In this document: in pieces, positions 49,066 through 58,987 of the stretch | How positions within the stretch are numbered: the stretch's first letter is position 1 | How the letters are laid out: every line of letters begins with the position of its first letter | DNA from: a virus | Length of the DNA: 64,000 nucleotides | Reading direction: 5' to 3' (one strand) | IMG/VR virus record: IMGVR_UViG_3300009008_000010 | Span: 32,001-96,000 of that record | The notes under the pieces: model-generated | Seen by the model: the letters and a program-made list of their open reading frames with translations, nothing else | What the model was told of the DNA's origin: nothing | The model's database searches: none | Position numbers and translations under genes: made by a program

Positions 49066-50553
49066 ATGTCCAAGTCGCTTCCTCCGCTACCGCCGCTTAC
49101 GTCACTTGCGTCTTTGACTCCTGTGTTTCTGGCCAAAAAGGGTGTGCAACTCCCCCAAAAGGGAACGTTCTTCCTGATTGCGGCTAATGGCGCATTTGTT
49201 CGCAAGGACACTGGTATTTTCGAGGGGCTGGTATCTGTGCCCTTCAAGGATGTTCCGGGTATCAACTCGATAGGCTACTGCCTACCCACAGAGCAAGGCC
49301 CGGTCTTCTTCAATTCTACCAGTGTCAAGCAGAAGACCTACAGTGGTGGTTGGTTTGGCAAGGATGACGATGACGATGCATCCCTTACCAACGTCAAGAT
49401 GGTCAACCCTCTGACTGGCAAGGCTGTTTCTGAGGAAGATGATGACGAAGCCAACAAGCTGTTGAGCGCTCGTCCCTACATCAACATGAATCTGCCGAAG
49501 ATTCCGCCTGAGATTATCTATCGGGCGTTGCTGTTCTTCCGCAAGGTTTACCGCAAGCACAGATCAGAATCGGCTGTCATTCTGTGCTTCAATGTGGAAA
49601 CGAACGAATATTCCCTGTATTGCCCGAAACAGGACGTGAGTGGTGCGCATGTCGATTATGACCGTCGCTACTACAAGCGAACCAAGAGGGGTGAAGTTCA
49701 CTTTCCCCCGGATCACGAAACCCCGGATCAGAACTACGGCAAGGTTGACCCGGTGATGTGTGAAATGGTGAAGAATGGTTTCCAAATGGTGGGTTCCATT
49801 CACAGTCACGCCAACTTTAGTGCGTTCCACAGTGGAACCGATACCCACGATGAGGCCAGCATGAATGGCGTGCATATCACGCTGGGTCATGTTGCCGATG
49901 GTGAGTTTTCGTGGGCATCATCCTTGGCGTTGAACGACCACCGAGAACAGGTCGAAGCTGAAAATGTTGCCGTGGGCGTTGTGCGGGTTGGTGATCAGAA
50001 AGCCGCCAATAGCAAGTGGATTTCCACTGGTTCGCAGAACTATTACAACATCGAGTTGGAAGATTTGTCGGCAATTCACGATGAATACGACAAGTTTATT
50101 GACGACAACTGGATGGATAAGGTGGAACACGGTTTTTTCGGTGGGAAGGGGAATCGGGTTGCGGGTGCATCCTATGGGGGTTCCTCTTACTCGCGTTCGG
50201 GTGGATATTCCTCATCGCCCTATGCGGCGGGCTGGGAGTATGAGGAAGATGACGATGGCCTAGAGGGTGGCACTTCCTATGTCATGGTAAATGGCCAATG
50301 GGTGCCCGCCAAGGAAGCCGAAGAAATCGAGAAGCAGGCTGCTTTCGATGCCGATGCTGATGCTGGCACCGATGGTGACGCTGACGACGATAAGCCTGAT
50401 AATGTCGATGATGCCCTCACCGAAGTTAGCGAAGCTGCTGACGACGATACCGACAGTTGGGCAGAATACGAAAAAGAACAGGGCGAGACTGCTGAGGCTA
50501 CTGAGAGTCCCGCTACTGGCGATGAAGGCGATGATTTGACAATCATTGACTAA
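49066..50553 (+). CDS. JAB/MPN+ (JAMM) metalloisopeptidase with acidic tail
   Basis: SESAV (Glu), P.Q.VS, GSIHSHANFSAFHSGTDTHDE (HxH-x7-S-x2-D). Confidence 0.85.
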   Translation: MSKSLPPLPPLTSLASLTPVFLAKKGVQLPQKGTFFLIAANGAFVRKDTGIFEGLVSVPFKDVPGINSIGYCLPTEQGPVFFNSTSVKQKTYSGGWFGKDDDDDASLTNVKMVNPLTGKAVSEEDDDEANKLLSARPYINMNLPKIPPEIIYRALLFFRKVYRKHRSESAVILCFNVETNEYSLYCPKQDVSGAHVDYDRRYYKRTKRGEVHFPPDHETPDQNYGKVDPVMCEMVKNGFQMVGSIHSHANFSAFHSGTDTHDEASMNGVHITLGHVADGEFSWASSLALNDHREQVEAENVAVGVVRVGDQKAANSKWISTGSQNYYNIELEDLSAIHDEYDKFIDDNWMDKVEHGFFGGKGNRVAGASYGGSSYSRSGGYSSSPYAAGWEYEEDDDGLEGGTSYVMVNGQWVPAKEAEEIEKQAAFDADADAGTDGDADDDKPDNVDDALTEVSEAADDDTDSWAEYEKEQGETAEATESPATGDEGDDLTIID

Positions 50554-50615
50554 AAATTGGAGACGTGAGAGGAAAGCCTATTAGTCAATGAAACTTGAAG
50601 CGTGGAGAAAGTCGC

Positions 50616-51389
50616 ATGAAAGTCAAGGTTATTGGTTGTGGGGGGATCGGCGTCCATTTGTTGGACCCTTTGTGCCGGTTCCTCAATTATCACAAGGATT
50701 TCAGTGAAAGTGGCGATTGTGAAGTCACTTTGATTGATGGTGATAAATACGAAGAACACAACAGGGAACGTCAATCGTTTGAGTCTTTCGGAAACAAGGC
50801 TGAAGAAACTGCCAATCGGTTGAAAGAAGAATTCCCGAACATTTTTTTCCGGGTTGTGACTGATTATCTTGGAGAGGATAATATCGTCTTGCATTTGCGA
50901 GAGAGCGACGTGATCTTCTCCTGTGTGGATAATCATTCCGCACGCAAGTTGTTTTCTGATCACTGCGAAGATTTGGATGACGTTTTGCTGATTTCAGGTG
51001 GTAACGACTACCATGATGGTAATGTTCAAATCTTCCATCGGAAGGAAGGACAAAATTGGAGTTTGCCGCTTACTGGTCGGCACACTGATGCGATCACAGG
51101 CGACGAAGCGTTTTATCACCCTGAAATCGAAGAGCCGGAAGACGAAAATCCGGCTGATGCAGAGGAAAGGGAAGCTGGTTGCGATGTAGAACAAGAGCAT
51201 GAACCGCAGTTGGTATTTGCAAATAATTCCGCCGCGTGTCACATGATGAACATGTTCTACCGTTACCTGGAAATCGGTAGTTTCGATTTCGATGAGTTGT
51301 ATTTTGACTGCCGTAGTGGCAAAGTCAGAGTTGTGAATCGTATGGGTTCCGAAAGACCTAGTTCCTTAACCAAGTTGGAGGTTGCATAG
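50616..51389 (+). CDS. ThiF/E1-like ubiquitin-activating enzyme
   Basis: IGCGGIG, LIDGD.YE..N..RQ, NKAE, SCVDN..AR, candidate catalytic Cys in AGC.....PQL..AN. Confidence 0.88.
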   Translation: MKVKVIGCGGIGVHLLDPLCRFLNYHKDFSESGDCEVTLIDGDKYEEHNRERQSFESFGNKAEETANRLKEEFPNIFFRVVTDYLGEDNIVLHLRESDVIFSCVDNHSARKLFSDHCEDLDDVLLISGGNDYHDGNVQIFHRKEGQNWSLPLTGRHTDAITGDEAFYHPEIEEPEDENPADAEEREAGCDVEQEHEPQLVFANNSAACHMMNMFYRYLEIGSFDFDELYFDCRSGKVRVVNRMGSERPSSLTKLEVA

Positions 51390-51390
51390 C

Positions 51391-51720
51391 ATGACGCAAC
51401 GACAAACGACCAGTAACAGTGACGCCAAGGCCAGTGCCGCTAACGCCAGTGGAGGCGTGACAGGGCAGGCCGACACCAGTGCCGCTCAGGACAAAGTAAA
51501 CGAGGCTCTAGGGAGCGTCGAGGTCATGTATGGTGCGGAGTCGCAGGAACTTGCGATTGCCGGTCATACGGTGTCCGACGTGCGTTCTCACCTGAAGCAC
51601 GTTTTGAATATTCCCGCCGACGCCCAGGCCCGTGTCAACGGCGAACTGAAGGACGGCGACTACGTTCTTCTGGAAAACGACACCCTGGAATTCGTGAAGG
51701 TGGCTGGCCAAAAGGGGTAA
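51391..51720 (+). CDS. ubiquitin-like beta-grasp protein ending -AGQKG
   Basis: G.TV.DVR..L...LNIP......VNG.....DYVL...DTLEFVK.AG.KG; GGAGG RBS. Confidence 0.8.
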   Translation: MTQRQTTSNSDAKASAANASGGVTGQADTSAAQDKVNEALGSVEVMYGAESQELAIAGHTVSDVRSHLKHVLNIPADAQARVNGELKDGDYVLLENDTLEFVKVAGQKG

Positions 51721-51852
51721 ACGGCCAGACAGAGTTTCCAAGGGTAAGGAACCCGATTGCCCTCTGGCTGTAAATACTCGGCCCCCCGTGTAGCACGGGG
51801 GTGCCGGGTGTTTCCTTATTGCGGAAATGGATTTTCAAAAAGGGCTAGGATT

Positions 51853-52044
51853 ATGTTGGTTCTATCTAGGAAAAAGAACGAGAGTATCGTGATCGATGAA
51901 CACATCACGATCACGGTGGTGGAGGTTCGGGGCGACAAAGTAAGATTGGGTATTGATGCTCCCAAAGAAGTTCCAGTTCACCGGAAGGAAGTTTGGGAAG
52001 CCATCAGAAGAAACAACGAGGCATCCGATGGTGATACGTCATAA
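51853..52044 (+). CDS. csrA: carbon storage regulator CsrA
   Basis: MLVLSRKKNESIVI...ITVVEVRGDKVRLGIDAPKEVPVHRKEV. Confidence 0.96.
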   Translation: MLVLSRKKNESIVIDEHITITVVEVRGDKVRLGIDAPKEVPVHRKEVWEAIRRNNEASDGDTS

Positions 52045-52298
52045 TTATCCATACTGGATCGTTGTGACAATATCAGGCAGATTGCCAACCCCGCCTCAAT
52101 ACCGACACACCCCAGTTCAGAAATTATTTTTCACTGGGAAGATTGGTGGCACGAAAAGAGAAGAATTTGAAACCGATGATTTTCAGGAAGCGCGGCAACA
52201 TGCTTTGATTGCTGAGCGAAATGGAAAACGCATCGAATTCCTCAAGGTGTCGCGTCCCGGTGGGCCGCGACACCTTTGCAATTGGAGAGGAATTTTAA

Positions 52299-52811
52299 AT
52301 GGATGAAGACCAATTAGCAACTGCTGAAGAGCAGCTTGAAGAAGAGCTAGAACAGCCCGCAATTAAGCGACTCCCCGGCCATTACAGGTATCGGGTGGTT
52401 TACATGGCAGGTCAGATTGAAAACTTGCGCGGGTGGTATGCTCAATTCGATTTAGAGGAAGTCGAGGCTCCGGTTGATAACGGTGATGGTTTCGATGCGG
52501 TGGTTTTAAAAGCCCCTGAAGAACGAGTGGTGCAAGCCAACCTTGAATGTTTAACCATCGTGCAGTCTGTTGAAAAGCTGCCTTCTAGGACCATTCTTAC
52601 ATTTGAGTTGGGGGACTGCCCGCAGCATGACAAATCTGTAGGTGAAATGCGGACGGGATTTGAGAAGATTCTACGCGAAACCTGCGATTACAATTGCACA
52701 ATCAAGGTTTCCAAGGATGGCCAGCCTGTGCTGGATGATTACGTGCCCCAGGATGGGGATTCTCTCCTGTTCGATACGACTGAAATTAAAAATGAGGCTG
52801 AAAATGAGTGA
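52299..52811 (+). CDS. hypothetical acidic protein
   Basis: GAGG RBS. Confidence 0.6.
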   Translation: MDEDQLATAEEQLEEELEQPAIKRLPGHYRYRVVYMAGQIENLRGWYAQFDLEEVEAPVDNGDGFDAVVLKAPEERVVQANLECLTIVQSVEKLPSRTILTFELGDCPQHDKSVGEMRTGFEKILRETCDYNCTIKVSKDGQPVLDDYVPQDGDSLLFDTTEIKNEAENE

Positions 52812-53121
52812 AGGCCAGCGAGTCAAAGTTTGGAATGGTGATCAGTCTCAATTTCTAGGATTTGGTCGATACGTGGATGATGTTATCACGTATGCCGCCC
52901 TCATGCCGGATGGTAGCCTCAGATCATCCAGAAACGCCGAGGAACCCATTCCTGCCGATCAGCTTCCCGAAGGTGCCATCGTCCAAGAGTTGCCTAAGAA
53001 TCCCAAAATTGTGCTTGATAATGGACAGGTGGTGTATGGTTGCCAAGTTTGGTGGGAGTCTGTTGCGGAAATGGTGACGGTAGATGAGGACGACGGTTAT
53101 GACCCGTGGGCTGATGAGTGA
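52804..53121 (+). CDS. hypothetical protein
   Basis: Start MSEGQRV after GAGG. Confidence 0.6.
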   Translation: MSEGQRVKVWNGDQSQFLGFGRYVDDVITYAALMPDGSLRSSRNAEEPIPADQLPEGAIVQELPKNPKIVLDNGQVVYGCQVWWESVAEMVTVDEDDGYDPWADE

Positions 53122-53315
53122 TTTAATAGGATGCTTATGTTCACGCCGTTGGTTTCAGGTATTTTCAAAAAGGGCTGAGAGCGGACAAGAATGGACTTTG
53201 GCTGCAATTAGAGTGCAATTGCTGTCTTGGACAAGTCTATGCAGATTTCATAGAGCGAAGGTATCGTTGCAGCAAGTGTTCTGGGTTGGATCGTTATCTT
53301 ATTTGGATTTTTGAA

Positions 53316-53660
53316 ATGAAAAAAGTAGTCATTGTCAAAGCTGACACGAACGATGCGGATTATATCACTGAGGAACACCTTTTGGATGGTGAAAATGATC
53401 CCACAGGCGAGTATGAGGATCTGATTCGCAAGGTGGCGGGGGTAATTAAAACTTACACCCAAGAACACAAGTGGCAACACAACTGGCCTACTAGCGAATA
53501 TGCCGATGGTTCTCTACAAGAACTTTACGCCGGTCAGTTGACCGATGATGAAATTGCGGAATTCCAAGAGTATGTTCCTCATGGCGAGCATGGTGTTCAT
53601 ACCATTAAGTCCATCAGGATTATCGTAATATCCGAAGATGATGAATTGGTTGACGCATGA
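53316..53660 (+). CDS. hypothetical phage protein
   Basis: MKKVVIVKADTNDADY. Confidence 0.6.
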   Translation: MKKVVIVKADTNDADYITEEHLLDGENDPTGEYEDLIRKVAGVIKTYTQEHKWQHNWPTSEYADGSLQELYAGQLTDDEIAEFQEYVPHGEHGVHTIKSIRIIVISEDDELVDA

Positions 53661-55632
53661 ACAAAGAACACGCCAAGCGAATCCGAGATCACCAACTTGC
53701 TATTTTGATGCGCACGCTACGTGTAACTGAACACGCCAGCGCCCCGTTTATTCAAAATTGCATGGAACATGCTTTTGAGGCTGGCGTAAGTGCGGCAACA
53801 CCCATCGCAGAACAAGCGGTAAGAGAAGCGTTGGCCCAGAGTCGGGAATTGCACTGATGACTATTTTCGATGAACTATTTTTAAAACAATCTGTTCACGT
53901 CCATTCGCTCCCACCCCATAGCGACATGGCGGCTAGGGGTAAATTGGTTGGTGATTCGGTCACTGCCATAATTGATATTCTCCGCAACCCTTCTTTAACA
54001 CCTTGCCGTAGGGTCAATGCCCTTGCTGCATTGCAGTGGGATTTGATTGGTAGCCTCATGGTCCCTACTGCTTTGGCTGATGTTCCTCAAGTGCATTTCG
54101 GCGCACACGTTTCCAATGATGAAAAACAAGCCGTAATTCTATGTCCTATGGATTTCTACGAAAGCATCAAAAAGGATTTTATTTTCTGTGCTGGGGCAAT
54201 GGTTTTTGTGGGTAGCCAAGCACGGGATTGGTATAACGACAAGCTGGCTTGGATAGATGATGAAGGTGTCCATGATGGTCGGGAGGAAGTAGCCAATCGT
54301 GCCAGGGCTTACGAGGCCGAATGGTTGTTATTTATTCAAAGCCTAGACATTGGCTACGAGTTTAATGAATATCAACAGAAGATTGTGGAAGACTCACCAG
54401 AGGGCTTGGATAGTCACCCAGAACTAATTTATGATTCTAAGTTTTTCATTGCTGGAAAACCGACAATCGAAAGGCCCCCGGAACCACACGATCCGTGGCA
54501 GGAGGATTAAATGATACCATTATGCATGGTGACGTATGAAGGCGAAGGCGAGTGGCTAAACATAGGAGAAGATGAATACGCAAATGAATGCAGACCTGCT
54601 ACGGATGCAGAGGCCACGCTTGAATTGATGGCCGAATGTTTGGATCGGGATGCAGAAAATCGTAATGCACATGATTTTGTTTGCTGTCATCTTGGATTGG
54701 CTGCTTTGCTAACACAGGAAGTGGGTGAAGAAGCTGCTACAAAAATTATGAGGCGTCTAGCAGGCTATGGTGGGCTTCATGGCATGACTGGTGTGTGCGG
54801 TGCAGGCGACGGTAGCGCAGAAGAAGATTTGGGTGTCAAATTATGAAATTTGCATTCCATCCTGATTTTTCAGAAAGAAGGGAAGCAGAGATTCCTTATA
54901 TCGCTGCTTTTTCTCCCATGCTGCGCGCAGCCGTGGGTGCCATGCAAGCTAAAGAAAAATTGGCCATGCAAATCGAGGCAGTGGTTAAAGACATTGCCAC
55001 CAACCAAGAGATAGCAGATTCGCTCAAGCAGCCTGTAGACGGCATGAACGTAAAAGAAGTAGAATTAAAAACTTCACCAAACGAAGATGCTGTTGTAATT
55101 GCTCGGTGTTTTGTTGGGTGGGAAGAAGAAAGAAATGTTTGGGTTGTTTGGGTAGAAGGTGGGCCAGAGAATCATTGGAGGCCACATTTCGATTCTATTT
55201 ATGACCCTTGGCATGAAGAAAGTGACCCTTGGGAGATAACAAATGAATGACGATTGGGATGGCCCGCCGAAAGTCACTGCTACTGAGGAAGCAGAGGATT
55301 ATGAATTCTTCCTGGTTCCTACTGTGTTGGGCCAAGATTTTGGCATTCAGTTGGAAGGCTCACATGATTTATTTTATCCTGTGTTCACCAATGAAGTGAC
55401 GCTGAATGAATATATGGTGCATTTCAGCAAGAAGTTGGGGATGGAGTTGGCAGGCAGTTGGGCAGTCCAAAGAATTGAAGGCATGGCTATGGAAGCCCTT
55501 TTTGAAGTGTTGCAGGAAAAAGGGGCGCGTATGATGATTGATCCGGTTGCGGTCAGTGAACACCATACGACATGGAGAGAGCGAGTGAAGGTTGGGGATT
55601 TGTGGAAATATCAAGATTTTGAGAGCAATTAA
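53657..55632 (+). CDS. run of five small coupled hypothetical genes (53657-53857, 53857-54510, 54511-54846, 54843-55250, 55243-55632)
   Basis: Abutting or overlapping start/stop codons typical of phage early regions. Confidence 0.6.
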
Positions 55633-55811
55633 TGACGCTTCTTCTCGACGGAACCATTCAAGATAAACCGTTGTCGCCCGGCGAAACTCAAAAGAACCTA
55701 TATGACTGGCTCACTAAAGTTGAGAAAAAGCCCGGCTGGAATACGGCGTTCGGTCGTGAGTGTAGTAGACTAGACGTAGGAGAACCCGAAGCGTGAGAAA
55801 AGAGATAAACC

Positions 55812-56021
55812 ATGCGAAAATATCTGGTGAAGTCTTTACTGGAACACACCAGGGATGCAGATGATGTTGAATTTGAAAAGGAATTTAATGCCCCAGACAG
55901 AGAAACGGCCATCGAATTGGCGGCTGAAAATGCCAAAATGATGGTCGAAGATTTGGAGGCTGAATTTGATGAAGGCGAATCGGTATTTGCTATCAGAATA
56001 CTTTCGTGCGAGGAAATTTAA
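55812..56021 (+). CDS. small acidic hypothetical protein
   Basis: ORF in a co-oriented run. Confidence 0.55.
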   Translation: MRKYLVKSLLEHTRDADDVEFEKEFNAPDRETAIELAAENAKMMVEDLEAEFDEGESVFAIRILSCEEI

Positions 56022-56023
56022 AA

Positions 56024-56539
56024 ATGGCAACAACTTATCTGACTCGTTACCATGAAGAAATTGAGGGTGTAAAATCTGGCGATGTTTCTTTAAGCTGTTT
56101 AAGCTACAGGGAAAGGGAGGTTGTCAAGTTAATTGTTCAAGGATACACTCGAAAACAAATTACGGCGATTTTCAAAGTTACGAAGGCATGTGTTGCACAA
56201 GTAGAATTAAATGCTTGGGATAAACTTCGCCGTCAGCAGCGACGATTAAAAAGAACTGCTGAAATGAAAAATATGAGTAAAGAAGAGTTGCTTCAATGCT
56301 CTTTTCTTGATTTAGACTTTTCTAAGAAGAACGAAACTAACACTCGCAGGGTTCTTCGTTTTAATCTAGCCCGCAAGAAAACCGGCGATCCTAGAAGTGA
56401 AGCGACCGTAACCATTGGGGATTTAACAGAATGTAATGCCGATGAGTTGCTGGCTTTCGAGGGTTTTGGCAAAGCAGCATTACTTCAGGTCCGTAATAAA
56501 TTAGCCAAATACGGTTTAGAGTTGAAAGGTGAAATATGA
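56024..56539 (+). CDS. sigma4/LuxR-type HTH fused to RNA polymerase alpha-CTD-like domain
   Basis: LSYREREVVKLIVQGYTRKQI...F.VT; TIGDL....DELLAFEGFGKAAL.QVRNKL.KYGLEL. Confidence 0.75.
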   Translation: MATTYLTRYHEEIEGVKSGDVSLSCLSYREREVVKLIVQGYTRKQITAIFKVTKACVAQVELNAWDKLRRQQRRLKRTAEMKNMSKEELLQCSFLDLDFSKKNETNTRRVLRFNLARKKTGDPRSEATVTIGDLTECNADELLAFEGFGKAALLQVRNKLAKYGLELKGEI

Positions 56540-57309
56540 CCCAATATTCATCGGACGGCAAAGGCAACTGGTGGAAAACTGTTTGGGAAGAACAGTGCCC
56601 AGAGTTTGTGGGTATTGGCGGGATATTGGCCAAGATAAAAGATGGGGAGGAGTGGTCTACTCGCCACCTTCGCTGCCAAGGCGTGAAAGGACACAAGGGG
56701 TTGCATTGGCGGTATGGACCTTGTGGCTCGTATGAATGGGATGACAACGAAGAGGATTCAACTGAAGAAGGATGCTGTGGAACCACACCACCAGATCACA
56801 AGAAATATGTTGCGCCTCAAAGGAAGTGTGAAGAGCACTGGATGAATTTTAAAACCACTACGAAGGTGGAAGATCCAGAGAAGATTGCGGCATTGGAGCG
56901 TGGCGAGTATGAGGATGGTGCGGGTGTTGACAAACCCGTGGATTTTGATGAAATGGACCCTGAAACAAGGGAAGAAATTCAGGAGAGGATGGGAATTCGT
57001 AAGGCCGAACCAAGATTGTTTTATCTTGTTCGTGACGGCGACATGGAAAATACCATCCCGATTGTAACCATAGATCCCAGAGATGCCCGTTGTGAGATAG
57101 GCAACGAAGATCATGGTGCGATGCCTTACGAAATTTGGGATAAGTTGCTTGACCAAGGGGATGTGAAACAAATTAAAAAGAATGATTGCCCCACAGAACT
57201 TATGGGCGCGATCCCGTTTGGAGAAGTAAACGGGTGTATGTATGATTTCACCTGTTCTCAATGGTGTCAGATGATGGACGAAAACGGAGTGATTCACTTG
57301 GAGGAGTGA
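56536..57309 (+). CDS. hypothetical protein
   Basis: 257-aa coupled ORF. Confidence 0.6.
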   Translation: MTQYSSDGKGNWWKTVWEEQCPEFVGIGGILAKIKDGEEWSTRHLRCQGVKGHKGLHWRYGPCGSYEWDDNEEDSTEEGCCGTTPPDHKKYVAPQRKCEEHWMNFKTTTKVEDPEKIAALERGEYEDGAGVDKPVDFDEMDPETREEIQERMGIRKAEPRLFYLVRDGDMENTIPIVTIDPRDARCEIGNEDHGAMPYEIWDKLLDQGDVKQIKKNDCPTELMGAIPFGEVNGCMYDFTCSQWCQMMDENGVIHLEE

Positions 57310-57430
57310 GATGTACACGGATGACGAGATTAGGGAAAACAGCGGAAAAGTGGGAAAACCTCTTGTTGCCGCATCCAATGTCTAATACCTTGGAAGTAGG
57401 TTCAATGTGATGTTTGAGAGTGGGTATCAT
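57248..57430 (-). pseudogene. possible truncated class I SAM methyltransferase fragment
   Basis: SKVLDIGCG motif I only; the ORF then runs into the convergent gene. Confidence 0.35.
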
Positions 57431-57459
57431 TATTTGAGTAGGGGGTCACTCTATATCTA

Positions 57460-58473
57460 TTATATAGAAGATTTAAATATGAGTTCCTTCACGGGTTCCT
57501 TGGCCTGTTTGATTCCGCCTCGGTAATTTATGTAGTCACATTCTGTGACTACCACATTTCCGAAGACTTCTTCCATGAGTTTTACCATCGCTTCTGGACT
57601 CATATAGCCCCTGGAATTATAAGACACCACAACTGCGTTGGTTCTATCTTTAATTTTGTTGAAAAGTGAGGTAAAGGTTTTAAAGAACTTCTGCTTGTAG
57701 CAGTATGGGGATTTGAATAAGTTGGGGTCTATGCCGCTAACTTGCTTGTCTTTAGGAGTGTATCTTTCTTTGAATGGTCTGCACGCTTGTTCTAGTAAAT
57801 GATAGTTACCTGAATATTGATGAATGTTGTAAGGTGGATCAATGTAGATCGCATTGTAAAATGTGTCTGTTTTATTGAAAAACTCTTCTGCCTCATGTTG
57901 AAATGCTTTGCCTTGGGGGCCATTCGGCAGGATGGGATTTTCTAGTTGTATGTGTGTAGTGATTCTCTTCTTATTGGAAGCATACACATATTTATACACA
58001 CCTTCATTTCTAGCATTGCCAGCTATTTTCTTGTGGAACGATTTGAACATTCCTGAAGTGTTGGCGTGAGTTGACATTCGATATATCAATTCACAAAGAG
58101 CAACAGATCGGTAAGGGTAGTTGCCCCATATTTTTTCGAGAACCGCGTCGATGAAAATACCGTTTTTTTCTGTAAAAAAGAGGCGTTTGGAAGGCGGGCT
58201 GTAGTATTTGGAGAAAAATCGTTCTTTGGGTTCACCAACTTGATTCAGATCAGAAATGTCAGGGACTTCATTGTGTTCTAAATACGTTTTATTGATGTGG
58301 TAGGAATACGAGGCCATATCATTTGCGTGGACCTGGGAACCTTGTTGTCTCAGGTGGTATGCAACAACACCACTGCCGCTAAATAGGTCGCAGACAAGTT
58401 CTTGCGCCCCGATTGTTTCAAGGATTGGCTTGATCAGCTTTCTTTTGTTTCCGAGGTATGGGATGAATCTCAT
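57460..58473 (-). CDS. DNA adenine methyltransferase (D12 class)
   Basis: YLGNKRKL, DLFSGSGVV, YIDPPY, VVSYN. Confidence 0.9.
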   Translation of the reverse strand: MRFIPYLGNKRKLIKPILETIGAQELVCDLFSGSGVVAYHLRQQGSQVHANDMASYSYHINKTYLEHNEVPDISDLNQVGEPKERFFSKYYSPPSKRLFFTEKNGIFIDAVLEKIWGNYPYRSVALCELIYRMSTHANTSGMFKSFHKKIAGNARNEGVYKYVYASNKKRITTHIQLENPILPNGPQGKAFQHEAEEFFNKTDTFYNAIYIDPPYNIHQYSGNYHLLEQACRPFKERYTPKDKQVSGIDPNLFKSPYCYKQKFFKTFTSLFNKIKDRTNAVVVSYNSRGYMSPEAMVKLMEEVFGNVVVTECDYINYRGGIKQAKEPVKELIFKSSI

Positions 58474-58598
58474 ACCTTTAATCGAGTTACTTGCTTCACA
58501 TTAGCCGCATTTGTGTTAAAATGGTCTTGACAATGGAGACGTTTTTTGCAACGGACGCCTCGTAAATCTCTGAACTACCTAAATGAAAGAGGGAACCC

Positions 58599-58940
58599 AT
58601 GTCGAAGAAGTTGACCAAGAAGGAACATGTGTCAAGATTGCTGGCAAAAAAGCCAGACATCAGTGCAGATGACGCAGTTGATGCCTTGGAGAAGAAGGGT
58701 ATCGAGATGACCAAACAGGCTTTTTGGAGTTGCAGGCATACTCTGAGAAAAGCTGCCGCCGAAGAGACTGCCGAGCCTGTGATCGCTCAGAAGACCGCCA
58801 AGAAGAGAAAGACCAAGAGACGGAAGCCTCAGCGCCGCCGCCAGCCGGAACCGGAATTCGAGATTGACATGCAGACCCGGTTTGCTCTCTTGGAACAGCA
58901 GAATCAACGTTTGAAGGCTGTGATTGCCGCCTTGCTGTAA
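58599..58940 (+). CDS. basic putative DNA-binding protein
   Basis: GAGG RBS; Lys/Arg-rich. Confidence 0.6.
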   Translation: MSKKLTKKEHVSRLLAKKPDISADDAVDALEKKGIEMTKQAFWSCRHTLRKAAAEETAEPVIAQKTAKKRKTKRRKPQRRRQPEPEFEIDMQTRFALLEQQNQRLKAVIAALL

Positions 58941-58987
58941 TCTCGCCTCAATGGGCTTGCTTTTGATTTTTTATGAGGAGGGTTGAC

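Noticed and set aside
50616-51720. ThiF plus ThiS/MoaD as a thiamine or molybdopterin sulfur-relay pair
   Set aside because: The Ubl ends in KG rather than GG, no cofactor biosynthesis genes are nearby, and E2-like and JAB genes are adjacent.
56758-57378. 206-aa - strand ORF
   Set aside because: It is fully antisense to the better-supported coupled + strand gene 56536-57309.
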